This document shows positions 39,795 to 54,232 of a stretch of DNA of 64,000 bases, piece by piece. Both the position numbers and the translations under genes were made by a program. The notes beneath the pieces are model-generated. The model had not been told where the DNA came from, did no database searches, and saw only the letters and a list, made by a program, of their open reading frames with translations. The stretch lies in the NCBI RefSeq assembly GCF_006345805.1, contig NC_043022.1:8556001-8620000 (forward strand). The letters are read 5' to 3'. The stretch comes from Octopus sinensis. Lineage: Eukaryota. How positions within the stretch are numbered: position 1 is the first letter of the stretch; the number at the start of each line of letters is the position of its first letter.

Positions 39795-41105
39795 ATTGAC
39801 TCCTTGGCTTCACATTGCATGATAGTTGTAAACAAGAGTCACCGTCATCTAAGCAGTGTCCTTCACTACCACATGTCCATGAAAATCTATCTGGTCATAG
39901 GAAAATATTACCTTACTTAGAAACAGGTATGAGGACTGGCACCCAGAAGAGCATCTAGCTGAAGAAAAATCCACTTTCACAAATTCTGTCTGACCCATGC
40001 AAGCATGGAAAAGTTGGCATTAAAATAATGATGATGATGATGTTGCTATTTAACTTTGTCAATGCTGATTGAGTAGATTTTTAATTAAAGATATTTAAGA
40101 TGTGACCCATCCCACTGTTTTCTTTTTTGTTTTATTATTATTTGTGGACAAAGTGTATCTAGAAAATCGTACAAGATAATTTATCCTCCTGTTTTTTGGG
40201 GTTTTTTCTAAGAGAGCAGGATGTGATTTAGGATAGAGTTGGCTGCTATTTTTAGTAGATTGAGCAATCCTGTTGATACTTTTTTGGTTTCTTGTGTTGG
40301 TTGCTTTTGTTGTTAAATCTCTGTCAACCCTGATTGAACAGACCTGTGATTGAAGGCGTTCCCGTCATGGTTAACACCTCATTTTAGATGTATGTAGCAG
40401 TATAAGTTCAGGTAAAATTAACAGGATTATTATTGTTGAACAAAATGTCATGTAATATTTTTCCTACAATAGGTACAAACTGAAATTTTGTGAGAAGAAG
40501 CTAATCAATCACATCGATTCCAGTATTAAACTGGTACTATCAACCTTGAAGGGATGAAAGGTAAAGTGGACCTAAACAGAATTTGAACCTAGACCATTAA
40601 GAGCTGGAAGAAATTATGCTAAGCATTTCATCTGGCATGCTAACAATCTTGGTAGCTTGCTGCCTTGAAATATCTTGTAATGTCTGTTTTGGCTCTTCAT
40701 GATAAGTGTTTTTCCTAGATACCATTAGATAGGGAATTTGCCACATGGGTAACTGCTGGATAGAGAGAAGGTAGACTCATTACAATAGCAACTACTTTAT
40801 TTCTTCAAAATGTCTCCTTTTATATTAAGGCAGGCTTCCAACCAACAAAACAGTCTCTAATATTTTTAGAAATAGTAGCCAAAACCCTCTCAAATCATAC
40901 CTTATTGTCCTACAAATGAGAGGACACACTGAACATATGGAAACAATGATGCTTATAATCTAAAAATAAAGGATAAAATCAGAATGAGCTTGGCTGGAAT
41001 TCCAGGTACAAATCATCTGATGAGATTTTTTTAGTTTCAGTCTACCCAGTTTCACTCTCAAGGTATGAATCAATCCAAGGCTATAGAAATGACATTTATT
41101 CAAGA

Positions 41106-41487
41106 CTAGCAGTATCGCCCGGCGTTGCTCAGGTTTGTAAGGGAAATAACTATAAAGCATTTTTAGAGAGTTATAGCCAAAAAATAGCAAAAAAATGGAA
41201 AAAAAATTATGGTAAATTTTTTTTTGAGAGTTAAAAAAGGTCGAGTTGCGTCCTCTAGACAGTCTGTGGTTTGTGTTTCTGATTCTCGACCCCATGTCGA
41301 ATTTATCGATTTTTTTCAGAACTGGGGGAACTTTTCAAAATTTTCGCTGCGTTAGTTTTGAATTATGACATTGGGCTATGTGTGTGTCAAGTTTCATCAG
41401 AATCGGTTGAAAGCCGTGGCCAGGGTGAGGGTACAACCAAACAGACACACAGAAACACACACAGACAAACTTTATATAGAGAGAGAT
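41106..41487 (+). mobile_element. Non-autonomous Helitron/Helentron-like element
   Basis: Starts actagcagtatcgcccggcgttgctc and ends (acag/ac)n-aaactttatatagagagagat. This actagc...cccggcgttgc / tatatagat layout is known from Lep1/DINE-like elements. CpG-rich, so probably young. Confidence 0.65.
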
Positions 41488-42003
41488 GCCCACAAAATGG
41501 AATCAGACTTTTTGTTTGTGAAGTAAACTTCTTAACCACTTGGCCATACTACACCTAGAGTTATATCCATACATATATCATCATCATCATTTAATGTCTG
41601 TTTTCCATGCTGGCATGAGTTAGAATTGTTTGACATGATCTGACAAGCTACAAAGCTGCTTCAGGCACCAATGTTTCCTTTGAAATGGTTTCTACTGCTG
41701 GATACTCTTCTTTATGTGTGTATTGGGTGCTTTTTTCCTGTCATTAGCATTAGTGAGGTTACGAAGTAACTTGCAACACAAATACTCACATACACACACA
41801 CATGCATGCATGTGTGTATATGAGCATGCATGCACAAACAGATGCATACATGCACAGCAGGCTTCTAGACATATTCTGTCAGCCAAATTCCATCACGAGA
41901 TATTGGTCAACCTGAGACTATGTTTCAAGATATTTACCCTCAAAGCTACCCGGTGAAATTGAACCAAGACCCTTGTGGTTGCAAAAGGTACTTAATTGTT
42001 AAT

Positions 42004-42231
42004 ACTCTTTACTCTCTCATTTACTCTTTTACTTGTTTCAGTCATTTGACTGTGTCCATGCTGGAGCACTGCCTTTAGTCGAGCAAATCGACCGCAGGAC
42101 TTATTCTTTGTAAGCCTAGTACTTATTCTATCAATCTCTTTTGCCGAACCACTAAGTTACGGGGATGTAAACACACCAGCATCGGTTGTCAAGCGATGTT
42201 GGGGGTACAAACACAACACACAAACATATAC

Positions 42232-42320
<89 letters not shown>

Positions 42321-42350
42321 CATATATATATACATATACATACATACATA

Positions 42351-42391
<41 letters not shown>

Positions 42392-42548
42392 TATGACAGG
42401 CTTCTTTTCAGTTTCCGTCTACCAAATCCACTCACAAGGCTTTGGTCGACCCGAGGCTATAGTGGAAGACACTTGCCCAAAGGGCCACACAGAGGGACTG
42501 AACCCAGAACCATGTAGTTGGTCAGCAAGCTACTTACCACACAGCCAC
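42004..42548 (-). mobile_element. Full-length SINE family A with an expanded internal (TA)n
   Basis: Reverse complement of the family A consensus. Confidence 0.9.
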
Positions 42549-43554
42549 ATAACATCAATGTTTCTTTGTTTTAGTCTTCTCTAATATAAGCCTTCTAATT
42601 ATTCAGAAATTAATTTGTTCATGTTGTTATTTTAATTGGTGAACTCTTTCCAGTTGAAATGATCTTATATACATCCCTTCAACAAATATGCACACACACA
42701 CACACACACACACACATCACACATGCATATGAACTCACACTCACCCACATGCATATGAACTCATATACACATGTGCATATTAACTTTTATACACTTACAT
42801 ACGTGCATAAAAGCTCACACATATATGTGTATATAAACTCATATACACACACACATTCATACTTGAATATACTCATGCACGCATGTTCATATAAACTTGA
42901 ACCCACATGTGCATATAAACTCATACACAAATTCATACATACTCACACTTGTATATTCTCCTACACTCACACATATTCACAAAAGTACATCTCAATGGAA
43001 TATATTCAGTAAATAAGTTTAAGAATAGATTTATAATATAAATTTACTAAAACATAGAATTCACTATCACCCATTCATTCAAGGGGCTTTTTACATAATT
43101 GTAAATTGATACAAGGTATGAAGTTTTGGCTTCTTTCAATTCTTAATTAATTGCTTTTTATTTATATTTTCATTTGCTAATTGGTTTGACATTCGAACAA
43201 GAACTGATGTAATTGTTCCCATGAGGTTTTCTCCTGCTCATATTTCTCCTTTAGTTGTCACCTCTTCTCATATGTCTTATCTGCTTTAATTTTATTCTGA
43301 TCTCTGTTCATTATATATCTGTTTATTTACATCGTTTCATTTTATATCATGCTGTTTTTTTTTATGTTGTTCATATTTAGCCCCAGGTAGACCTGAGCAA
43401 GCAGATTTATATAACCAAAGGTTCTCCTTTACGTGATAGTCAATTTTGCCTATAGGTTGCTCTATCTAATGCAATGCTTATTTATTCACATTGTGTTGAA
43501 TTAATCACGTATTAACTTGTAACTTCAACATTTTGACGACGTGATTGTTTAGTT

Positions 43555-43768
43555 TTAGCCCATTAGTATTTAAACCAGCTATAACCAGCCCTAATATTCT
43601 ACTTGTTTTATGATTAGCCTCTCACACCTACTCTGCAATGTGGTCCTAAAAGTAAACAGTCACATTATCAAAATCTGAATGCTACAAGATAATATCTGAC
43701 TAGTTTTAAAAACTTAAAATAAATAAGCATTTTAGTTGACAGAGTAATCTGAATGCTAAAGGGTTAGA
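43555..43768. mobile_element. piggyBac-like MITE (ccctttagcatt..aatgctaaaggg termini)
   Basis: tagcccattagtattt ... aatgctaaagggttag, a degenerate TTAA-CCC..GGG-TTAA. A second fragment lies at about 43940-44015. Confidence 0.65.
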
Positions 43769-44480
43769 ATGACATTTTAGGACAGGTATGAGCATAGGCT
43801 TGGAAACAAGGGTGCAGGGGGTGTGCATGCCCCCACTAAAATTCTTTGGGGGCAATGAAAACTCTTTGGACATCTTGAGTTGGATCTAGGTTTGCATCCC
43901 CTAAGCTAATTCTGTTCCCACACTTATAAATGTGAGAGACCAGATTTGGCCAGTTCCAACATAAAACAAGTAAACTAGTTTGGGCCTGACATGGCCAGTT
44001 TAAATGCTAAAGATTGAAACATATTTTGGATTACTTTGTTCAAAGCATAATGTGTCATGTTTTTAAGGCAGCAAGGTAGGATTTAAAGCAGTATTCTACT
44101 GCTATATCTATCATGTCAAGATATTTACTAAGAAAATCCCTTGCAGTCAGTTGTGTGGCCATGAGGTTCCCTTTACAGTCTTGTGCTATCGGATTTGGTC
44201 CCATTGCACATCACTTTGGCCAGATGCCTTCCACCAGTTTTCACCTTGTCAGTGGAAAATAATCTGATAGATGGAAACTGTGTAGAAGATCACCATATCA
44301 TGTGCATTTGTATTTTGATAATATATATTGGCATGATGCCAAAAAAGAACCAATGATACACCCTTGACACTGTAGCCTTCTGAAATGCAGTGAACCAATG
44401 ACTGACATGTTGCTATTGTTCACAAACTATTATATAAAATAAATAAATAAAATGAAATATGTATGAATGTATATATATAT

Positions 44481-44849
44481 GGCGCAGGAGTGGCTGTGTG
44501 GTAAGTAGCTTGCTTACCAACCACATGGTTCCGGGTTCAGTCCCACTGCGTGGCACCTTGGTCAAGTGTCTTCTACTATAGACTTGGGCTGCCTTGTGAG
44601 TGGATTTGGTAGACGGAAACTGAAAGAAGCCCGTCGTATATATGTATATATATATGTGTGTGCGTGTATGTTTGTGTGTCTGTGTTTGTCCCCCTAGCAT
44701 TGCTTGACAACCGATGCTGGTGTGTTTATGTCCCCGTCACTTAGGTGGTTCGGCAAAAGAGACCAATAGAATAAGTCCCGGGGTCGAGTTGCTCGACTAA
44801 AAGGCGGTGCTCCAGCATGGCCGCAGTCAAATGACTGAAACAAGTAAAA
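44481..44849 (+). mobile_element. Full-length SINE family A
   Basis: CpG-intact, young-looking copy. Confidence 0.9.
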
Positions 44850-44906
44850 CGGTAAGATAACAAAAGAAAGAAAGAGACCTCAATATTATGTAAATTGAGG
44901 AAATTT

Positions 44907-44998
44907 ATCTGTAAAATAATATGTGACAATTATTTGGTAGCCAAGATAAAACTCTGAGTTTTGGCTACCAAATAATTGTCACATATTATTTTACAGAT
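44907..44998. repeat. Perfect 38-bp-arm palindrome, collapsed member of the 49.0-kb foldback family
   Basis: atctgtaaaataatatgtgacaattatttggtagccaa-gataaaactctgagtt-ttggctaccaaataattgtcacatattattttacagat. Confidence 0.93.
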
Positions 44999-45334
44999 AT
45001 GTACACCCACATGACAGGCTGTTTCCTGTATTCTACCTCCCAAATCCAATCTACATCACTCTACTCACAAGCCTTTGGTTCGTCTGGCGTTATAGTAATA
45101 GATACCTGCTCAAGATATCTCACTGTGGAACTGAACCCAAGACCACATGGTTGGGAAGCAACCTTCTTAAACACACAGCCATGCCTGCACCTATAGTTAT
45201 TAGCAAAGTCGGTAAGAATGCCTTGCAGAATATCTTTCAGCTCTTTATATCCAAGTTCAATTCCCATATTAATATTATTGTTGCCAGGTTTTGAAACCTT
45301 CGCCAACTTTCCCTTGCAATGTTAATCTTCCTAT

Positions 45335-45754
45335 ACTCTCTTTTTACTCTTTTTACTTGTTTCAGTCATTTGACTGTGGCCATGCTGGAGCACCACCTTT
45401 AGTCGAGCAAATTGACCCCGGGACTTATTCTTTGTAAGCCTAGTACTTATTCTATCGGTCTCTTTTGCCGAACCGCTAAGTTACGGGGACGTAAACACAC
45501 CAGCATCGGTTGTCAAGCAATGCTAGGGGGACAAACACAGACACAGAAATACACACACACATACATACATATATATATATACATATATACGACAGGCTTC
45601 TTTCAGTTTCCGTCTACCAAATCCACTCACAAGGCATTGGTCGGCCCGGGGCTATAGCAGAAGACACTTGCCCAAGATGCCACGCAATGGGACTGAACCC
45701 GGAACCATGTGGTTGGTTAGCAAGCTACTTACCACACAGTCACTCCTGCGCCTA
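45335..45754 (-). mobile_element. Full-length SINE family A, convergent with 44481-44849
   Basis: Reverse complement of the family A consensus. Confidence 0.9.
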
Positions 45755-46145
45755 TCAGTGCACTAATTTAAAAAGTGAATAATAAAATAAGTAGAAAAAA
45801 AAAGAAAACCACAATTCCTCTTTAAAACATGATGGCGGTGTTGATGTCATTGAGAGATGGTGCAACAACAGATGTTATTATTCACTAAAGATGTAGAACA
45901 ATCAGTTCCCAAGAGCCAGTATCTTTGGTCATGATGCAGTGCAACAGTGCTAAGAATAAGAATTAATATTATTATAGTATGAATTCAGTATAACTAATAG
46001 TTATTATATCAACACTTTCAATATTATGATTTATTCCTCTGAAGAGTTTACAATATATAATAATTCTCGCTCACTGTCATTACATTCTATTTTGAGTAAT
46101 CCCATTGACATGGGTATTTTAAAAATAGATGTTTACATACATACA

Positions 46146-46181
<36 letters not shown>

Positions 46182-46759
46182 CTGTGTGTATATATATATA
46201 CGTACATATATAAATACCCTATATACATATATACAACTGCACATATCTGAATATATATATATAATGTGTATGTGTGTATATATATATACATTTAAAATGA
46301 AGTAGTATATATATACATACTATTTTTGCATATTTCAATATTACTACATTAGTAATTCTTTTTGTTTTTTGGTTAAAAAGCAACAACAAAAAAGTGATGT
46401 TTTTCAAAATTAATATCCTGTTATTGTTTCTGGCAAATTTTTTTCCTTTTTCGCTTTTTTTTTTTTTAAATTCCATCTTCTCTAAACATCTCTACATAAT
46501 TATATTTCTTACTGTACATAGTACTTAACACAAACACCCACAAAAGTTTGTGAGTCGGGAGGGAAAGGAAGAATAGGATTGTTTGTTTTGCTTTTATTTT
46601 GTTTTGTTGTTTCTTTTTCAATTCTGGGTAAGATAACTTAGAAAGAAAAGAAAATATTCTGACAAAAAGAAAAAGCGAAACTTTCTACCTAACTGTCTGT
46701 CTATCTACCTATCTGTCTTTCTATATATATCTACCTATATATATATCTATATCTACATA

Positions 46760-46816
<57 letters not shown>

Positions 46817-46936
46817 TATATATATTATATATATCTATCTACATATATATATTTATATATCTATCTACATATATATATTTATATATATATATATATCTAT
46901 CTACATATATATATTTATATATATATAATATATATA

Positions 46937-46970
<34 letters not shown>

Positions 46971-47048
46971 CCATCCATTGATCGATCTATCTGTTTGTCT
47001 ATCTACCTTTCTAACTTTATATGTATGCATGCATATGAGCCTGTGTAC

Positions 47049-47085
<37 letters not shown>

Positions 47086-47961
47086 TATATATACATACAT
47101 ACAAACATATACATATGTATATATAAATTACACACACACACACATATATATATATACACACACACACATTTATACATGCATATAGATTTATATATATCCA
47201 TACAAACATGTATGTGTGTGCATGTCTACATACATACACATCCATGTATGTGTGTATCAATGTGTGTGAGTGTAATTTAATCGATTTTTATCAAAGAATA
47301 AGCAAAAAAAGCATTTATTTTTCTAAGTTTCTCCTCTTTCCTTTCTATTTTTTTTTCCTTTTTTTTTTATTTCACGGGTTGGTAATGATATTACAATTAT
47401 AGATATGCATGGTTTTGTTTTACTGTCAAAACAGTTTACGCTGCACATGACATCTCTGCTATAAAACACCTACTGTTTAAAGAAATAATACACCGTGGCA
47501 ACAAATACATGAAGAATAATATGAACAGCACCTCTACCATCACCATCAGTACACTTGCTAATATTACTACTACTACTACTACTACTACTACTGCTACTAC
47601 TGCCATTACTGCAAGTAAAGTGTATTATACATAAGCTTCTGCTAATCATCAGCCAGCCATCATCATATTAAAAGCCAATGCCGATTAGATTAGAACGGAA
47701 ACATTGAAAGCTTTTGATGTTGAGTGGAAGAGCGAAGGTGCGTGTGCGTGTGCGTGTGTGTGTGTGTGCGCGCACGCATATGTGTGTACCTGTGCTTGTG
47801 TGTGTGTGCATGTGTTTTTGAGTACATGCGTGAGTGTGTGTGTGTACAGGAGAGTAGAGAGAAAAGCTTATTACAACAGAGACCTAAAGAGCATATTTAT
47901 CAGTATATATGTATATATGTATGTGTATCTATGTTTGTGTGTGTGTGGATATATGTATGCA

Positions 47962-47994
<33 letters not shown>

Positions 47995-48057
47995 GCATAT
48001 GTGTATGTCTTTGTACATATATGTGTGTGTTTTTGTATGTATATATATGTATGTATA

Positions 48058-48122
<65 letters not shown>

Positions 48123-49038
48123 TACATACATGCACACATATACTCTGTGTATGCTAGAGTGTTAGATGTGGAAATAAGACTGATAATTATGATACAGAAA
48201 TAAAGAAGACTATTGTAAAGAAGGAAAAGGAAAAGAAAACGGTATAGTTTATCTGTTGGAATGATTACAAAGAGATACACCTGATGTGTTATTTTGATCA
48301 TAATAAATGTTCCCCTCGTACTTCATGCCAAAAAATCGATTTTTCTGAGTGAAAGTAATATAAAGAAGGGGAAAAACAAAAAAAGAGACACAAAATTGCT
48401 CTCTTTTAGAGAGAATAAATGAGAAACATTATGCTCATGACTTTGGTCAATAGTCACTTATATATCCACTTAGTGTTGATTGTAGTGTTTTAATTATTTG
48501 CTAATTGCAGAAGAGAGGGTCGAAATAATGAATAAAGTAGAAAATAATCACCTTAATTTGTAACCTTTATTTGTTTGCCTTTTGTTCTTTCAATCAAGAT
48601 GAAATGGTAAAGTTCATGCACGTTTGACACTAGAATCTTGCTATATAACTTTCAAGCCCTGTTTTTATTACATTTCAGGGTACTAAGAATGCTGTTGTAG
48701 CTTCTATGTTTTATCTAGGGTGCAAGCATAACCAAATGCTTTGTTTTGCTAAATCCCTTGGTTTCAGGTTCAATCTGACTACATTATGCCATAGGAAAAT
48801 ATTTTTATATCATATTTATGTCAGCTGAAATTATACCAGTAAATTTTGATAGATAGAAAGAAACTCTTTGGGAGCAGTGATCTACTCAAACATGGGTGTC
48901 CTGAGACTAAACAAGAAAAGCAGCAACAACAAATTACATGAAACTGAGAAATTTAGATAACCCTACAATTCATATATTGTGGGGTGGGGAAAGGGAATTA
49001 CCATAGCATCTGTTCTGTAAGATTTTATATATATATAT

Positions 49039-49461
49039 ATCTATACAATAATATGTTACATTACTCGATAGTCAAGATAAAACTCTGAGTTTCAGATGCT
49101 GAAGTGGAAATCCACAACACCATCTCTTTGGTTATCTGGCTATTTGAAAACGCTATGAAAAAATACCGTTAAATAAAGGGAAATTACTGTGTTATAACTC
49201 TGCTTGCCTGCGTACTTATACATCGCTCACATTTTTCGTCGTAAAAATTATATAAAAATACATACAAAATATATAAAAATATATAAAATCTTCTTGGGAC
49301 ATAACATAGAAAGCATGTTCTATCTATTTAACGGTATTTTTTCATAGCGTTTTCAAATAGCCAGATAACCGAAGAGATGGTGTTGTGGATTTCCACTTCG
49401 GCATCTGAAACTCAGAGTTTTATCTTGACTACCGAGTAATGTAACATATTATTGTATAGAT
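49039..49461. repeat. Foldback element, 137-bp inverted arms (49039-49175 / 49325-49461) with a 149-bp spacer
   Basis: Arms are near-identical, with differences mostly at CpG. Solo arm fragment at 54041-54113. Confidence 0.94.
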
Positions 49462-49524
49462 AAATTTCCTCTATTTACATAATATTGAGGTCTCTTTCTT
49501 TCTTTTGTTATCTTACCGTTTTAT

Positions 49525-49562
<38 letters not shown>

Positions 49563-49567
<5 letters not shown>

Positions 49568-50400
49568 GTGGCAAATATATTGTCATCAAAATTATGCAAA
49601 AATGAAAATAACACTCGTATCTCATTTTCACAGATATATTTACCAAAGTTACATAAAAATATCTTGAAATACTAAACAGTAAATTTATTCAATAAAATCA
49701 CCATTGGCTTCAACCACTGCTTCCATATGACTTCAGAATCTCCTGCAACTCTTCCGCATGGTCTCCTTGTTTAAGTTGGGCAGTGCTGCCATAATCCTTG
49801 CCTTCAGTTCATCTTTGGTGTTACAAGGAGTTTTATTGGTCTCTCACTCAACTGTGCCCCACACATAATAATCAAGGGGGTTGCAGTCTGGGGAGTTAGG
49901 TGGCCAGATGTTAGGAGTGATGTGGTCGCAGAAATTGTCTGACAGCCATGACTGGATTCTCCTGCTAGTGTGGAATTGTTGCCAGAAACAGGGTCCTGTT
50001 GCCAGACATAGGGTCTACCAGCAGCTACCCTCTTCACCCAGAGCAGCTCTACTTTGTCCAGGCACTTGAGGTAGACCTTCATGTTGAGTCTGAGGCTCTG
50101 TGGGTAGATGAATGGAGACATAACATTGACATTACTAGTGATCACTCCAAACACCATGATGTTGCCTGGATGATTGATTTTTATCACATTCACTACATGT
50201 CTTGGGGACACGGCATACCAACAGTTGTTCTGTGTGTTCACCATCTGTTTGTATTAGAGCTTCTGGCAAGCATTACAGCATATTGTTTCCAAATTTCTGG
50301 CAGAGTGAATTGTGCCATGGTGCTGTTTTTCTCACAGACAATGCCCAGCTGACCTTACTGTACTGTGTAGGCAACAAAATAAAAAATAGAAATGTGCATG
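49563..50400 (-). mobile_element. Mariner/Tc1-superfamily transposase remnant (DD37D/maT-like)
   Basis: HPGNIMVFGVITS..VMSPFIYP..LRLN..VYLKCL..V.L.WVKRVAAGRPYVWQQD, and in another frame WPPNSPDCNPLDYYVWG. Terminus ta-tagggtg next to (TA)n. Confidence 0.88.
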
Positions 50401-51134
50401 CACACACAAACACATACACAGACACAAGCGATATACAATGCTTGAGAAAACCCATCAAGCCAAGTAAAATCATAGTCCTGGCTGATGCCGGTGTCACATA
50501 ACTGGCACCCATGCCAGTGGCACATAACTGGCACCCATGCCAGTGGCACATAAAAAGCACCTTTCAAGCCTTGGGCCTCTTGGAAGCAATGTGGTTGATG
50601 TTGGTGTCGCTTAGCCAGTACTCATGCCGGTGGCACATGAAAAGCACCTTTCGAGCATTGGGCCTCATGGTGGTTCCCCAGTACAACTGCAATCTAATGA
50701 TGAAGCAAGTAAAAGATTATCTTAACCATTCATAGAAACTTACTGCTTACACAAGATGCTGGATAATATCCATAGACTCAGTTGACTTGAAAGTCTGACG
50801 GCAGATGGTTCTAATAGGACACTATAGAGCAGATACCTAAGGATCCTATCCCCATAACCCTCCCAGAAATATTGGGTGGAAATGATGGATGGATAGTAAT
50901 AATATATTACATGTTGGATATACACACACACTCATATAAAACAGTTGCATACAGAATATATATTTTATAGTAGCAATATATTAATAATAATTTGTATATA
51001 AATGTGTTTTTTATTGTTTGGTTATGCTACAAATAATTTTAAATCAAACTGAAGAATTACTAAGTACTCTTTTCTAGAGTACATTTTTATTATTGTTTTA
51101 CAAAGAAGAAGGTGTGTGTGTGTGTGTGTATGTG

Positions 51135-51173
<39 letters not shown>

Positions 51174-52634
51174 GTCATATATAGTGAACTGGCAGAATTG
51201 TTAGCAGGTCAGGATTTTGTCCGTCTTTATGTTCTGAGTTCAAATTCTACCAGCGTCAACTTTGCCTTTCATCTTTTGAGAGTCGATAAAATAAGTACCT
51301 GTTGAACACTGGCATTAATTTAATCGACTTAATCCCTCCCCACCAAAACTGCTAGCCTTGTGTTAAAATTTGAAACCAATATATCATATACTAGTAATAT
51401 ATTGTGTGTGTATATAGAGAGAGAGAGACTCGTCATATATATGGTAGCAATATATTATATAGTAGTAATACATTATATATAATAGTACTATATTAAATAA
51501 ATAGTACTATAATATCATATTTGAATAATTTTTAAACAAAACAAAGCATAAGAAACAATGTGTTTGATCAAAATATTTCCAGTTTTTGTTTTTTTTTAGT
51601 ATTTCACTAATAACAAAAAGAAATATAAAAATTAATTCATGAAGCAATGAAATTTGAAGATAAAGAATAACTGTTGAAAGTTATTATATGAAATGAAACA
51701 AAAACGAAATGAAAATTTCTGCGATCTTTTTTTACATGTGCTAATTATTCGTAATTTAAAACAAAATATTATTTTAGTTAAGAGAGTGTTTTGAATTTTT
51801 ATTAAATCATTTTCCTTGACGAACAAGAAAATGAGTTTATATTATTTTCTAGTAACATTTATTTTCTTTTGAATTTTTTTCCTTTCTTAACTTTCTTTCG
51901 TTCAGACTTCTTTTTCTTTCTTTCACTCATTCTTTTTTCTTTCTTTCAAAATTTTTTTCTTGTTTTAGTTACAAGAAAGCAAAAGCCAAACAACAACAAC
52001 AACAATAATAATAATGATAAAATGCAAATGTAATTGTAAAATCAGATTGCATCAAGACATTTTATAACGTAATTTAATAATGTTATTTGCTGTCTCTTAA
52101 GAACTAAATTAATCTAAATTACATTTTAAAAAATAAAATTCTGTTTTTTTTTTTGTTTTGAAATTATTTAAATTATTTAGATACATTAACTTTACCAAAT
52201 ATCTCAAACTACAATTCATACATATGTGTATGTATTTGTGTTCATGTATATGTAGTGACAGTGTATTAATGTATATATGTATATGTGGGGGGTTATGTGT
52301 ATGAATGCTTATGTGCGTGCGTAGATATATATATATATGTGAGTGTGTGGATATATATATATTTATATGTGTGTGTGCATGAGGTTGGGCTAGTCTTAAA
52401 TTTCTCTGTCCTCATTTGAATTTTTTTTTCCTTCTTGTTTATGGTTTCTTTTATTCATTGTTACTCTTCCCTTCTTTCCTCTCCTTCTTTCTCTCTGTTT
52501 TTTCTTTCCCTCTCATTTGAAACAAAACGATATCAGTTGTTTAGTTTTAATTTTGTGTAGATAAGTTGCAGAAAAAAACGAAATCAAGAATCTCTTTAAT
52601 ATATATATGCATACACACACAAAGAAACACGCAG

Positions 52635-52680
<46 letters not shown>

Positions 52681-53666
52681 ATGTACATAAATATATGTAT
52701 AGAGAGTGTATATATGAATATGTTTGTATAGAGAATGTATATATAAATTTATATATATATATATAGTCTGTATATATAAATATATATATATATATAGTAT
52801 ATATGTATATATTACATTCACAGCACACACACACACATATATATATAGAGAGAGAGAGTATATATGTATATATTACATTCACAGCACACACACACACACA
52901 CACACACGCATATATATATGATGTATATATATGTATATACTGAGTGTATGTATATATAAATACACATATAGTGTTTGTATATATGTGTGTGGGGGGGATT
53001 CTTAATTTTTGTCTTTTTTTAAATGCATGACACACACACATACATACATATGAGAGGGATGAAGCAAGAGGGGAAATAAAGAGAGAAGAGTGAGAGTGAG
53101 TGATTGATTGATTTTTACCTATTTAAGATAATGTAAAAAAATGGTAAACAAAAATGTTCAATTTTTCATTTGGATTTGAATCCTTCAAACTAGTTTTTAC
53201 AATGATTTCTCTGAAATTAATTCTGAAATGAAGGCTTTTAATCATTTGTATTTTAGTAGTTAAATATTTCTGGGGAAAAAAAAAATTTAATTGCATTTTT
53301 TTTTTTGGAAATTTTTTTCATTAGCCCTTCTCTGTTTAAATGTGGGTGGAGTAGGTTTGCTAATATTCAGACAGCCATATGAATTATTGGTTGAGTTGTT
53401 TTGTATTCATCATCATCAGTTAACAACCACTTTTCTTGCTTGCATGTGTCAGGCAGAATTTGTTGGGCCAGGTTCTCTACAGCTCGATGTGCTATCTGTT
53501 GTTAAGCCTCAACTGTTTCCAAGCAAGGTAATATTTCCCCAAGGACAGATATGTTTTACATAGAACACTAGAACTGAGTAACACGGCTTGTATAATAATA
53601 ATGCTCATTTACAGTGTTCATATAATGTCTAGACATGGACACACACGCACACATATGTATGTATGC

Positions 53667-53718
<52 letters not shown>

Positions 53719-54232
53719 ATAAAAATATGTATATATATGTATGTATAAATATATGTATATATACATATATACATATATATATAAATATTCGTATATATAT
53801 ATATATGTGTGTGTGTATGTGTGTGTATATAGATGTATATACATATGTGTGCGCACACATATGTATGTGTGTGTGTATATATATAGATGTATATACATAT
53901 GTGTGCGCACACATATATGTATGTGTATATATATGTACATGTGTGTGTATATATGTGCTTGTATGTGTGTGTATATACATATATATATATATGCATGCAC
54001 ATATATATTCTTCTACATGTATGTGTGTGTATATATATATTTCCACCTCGGCATCCGAAACTCAGAGTTTTATCTTGGCTACCGAATAAGTGTCACATAT
54101 TATTTTACAGATATATATATATATATATATATATATTGTATTTTGGGATAGTCTTTTTTTTGCCTAATAAACACACACTATATATTCGTTCTTCACTCAT
54201 TTATTACTGTTCTTATTCTAACTCCTGCTCAC

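Noticed and set aside
49100-49190. A genuine miR-9 gene
   Set aside because: Three mismatches to the mature sequence, no local 60-70-nt precursor hairpin, and it lies inside a repetitive foldback arm. Kept only as a mimic/target hypothesis.
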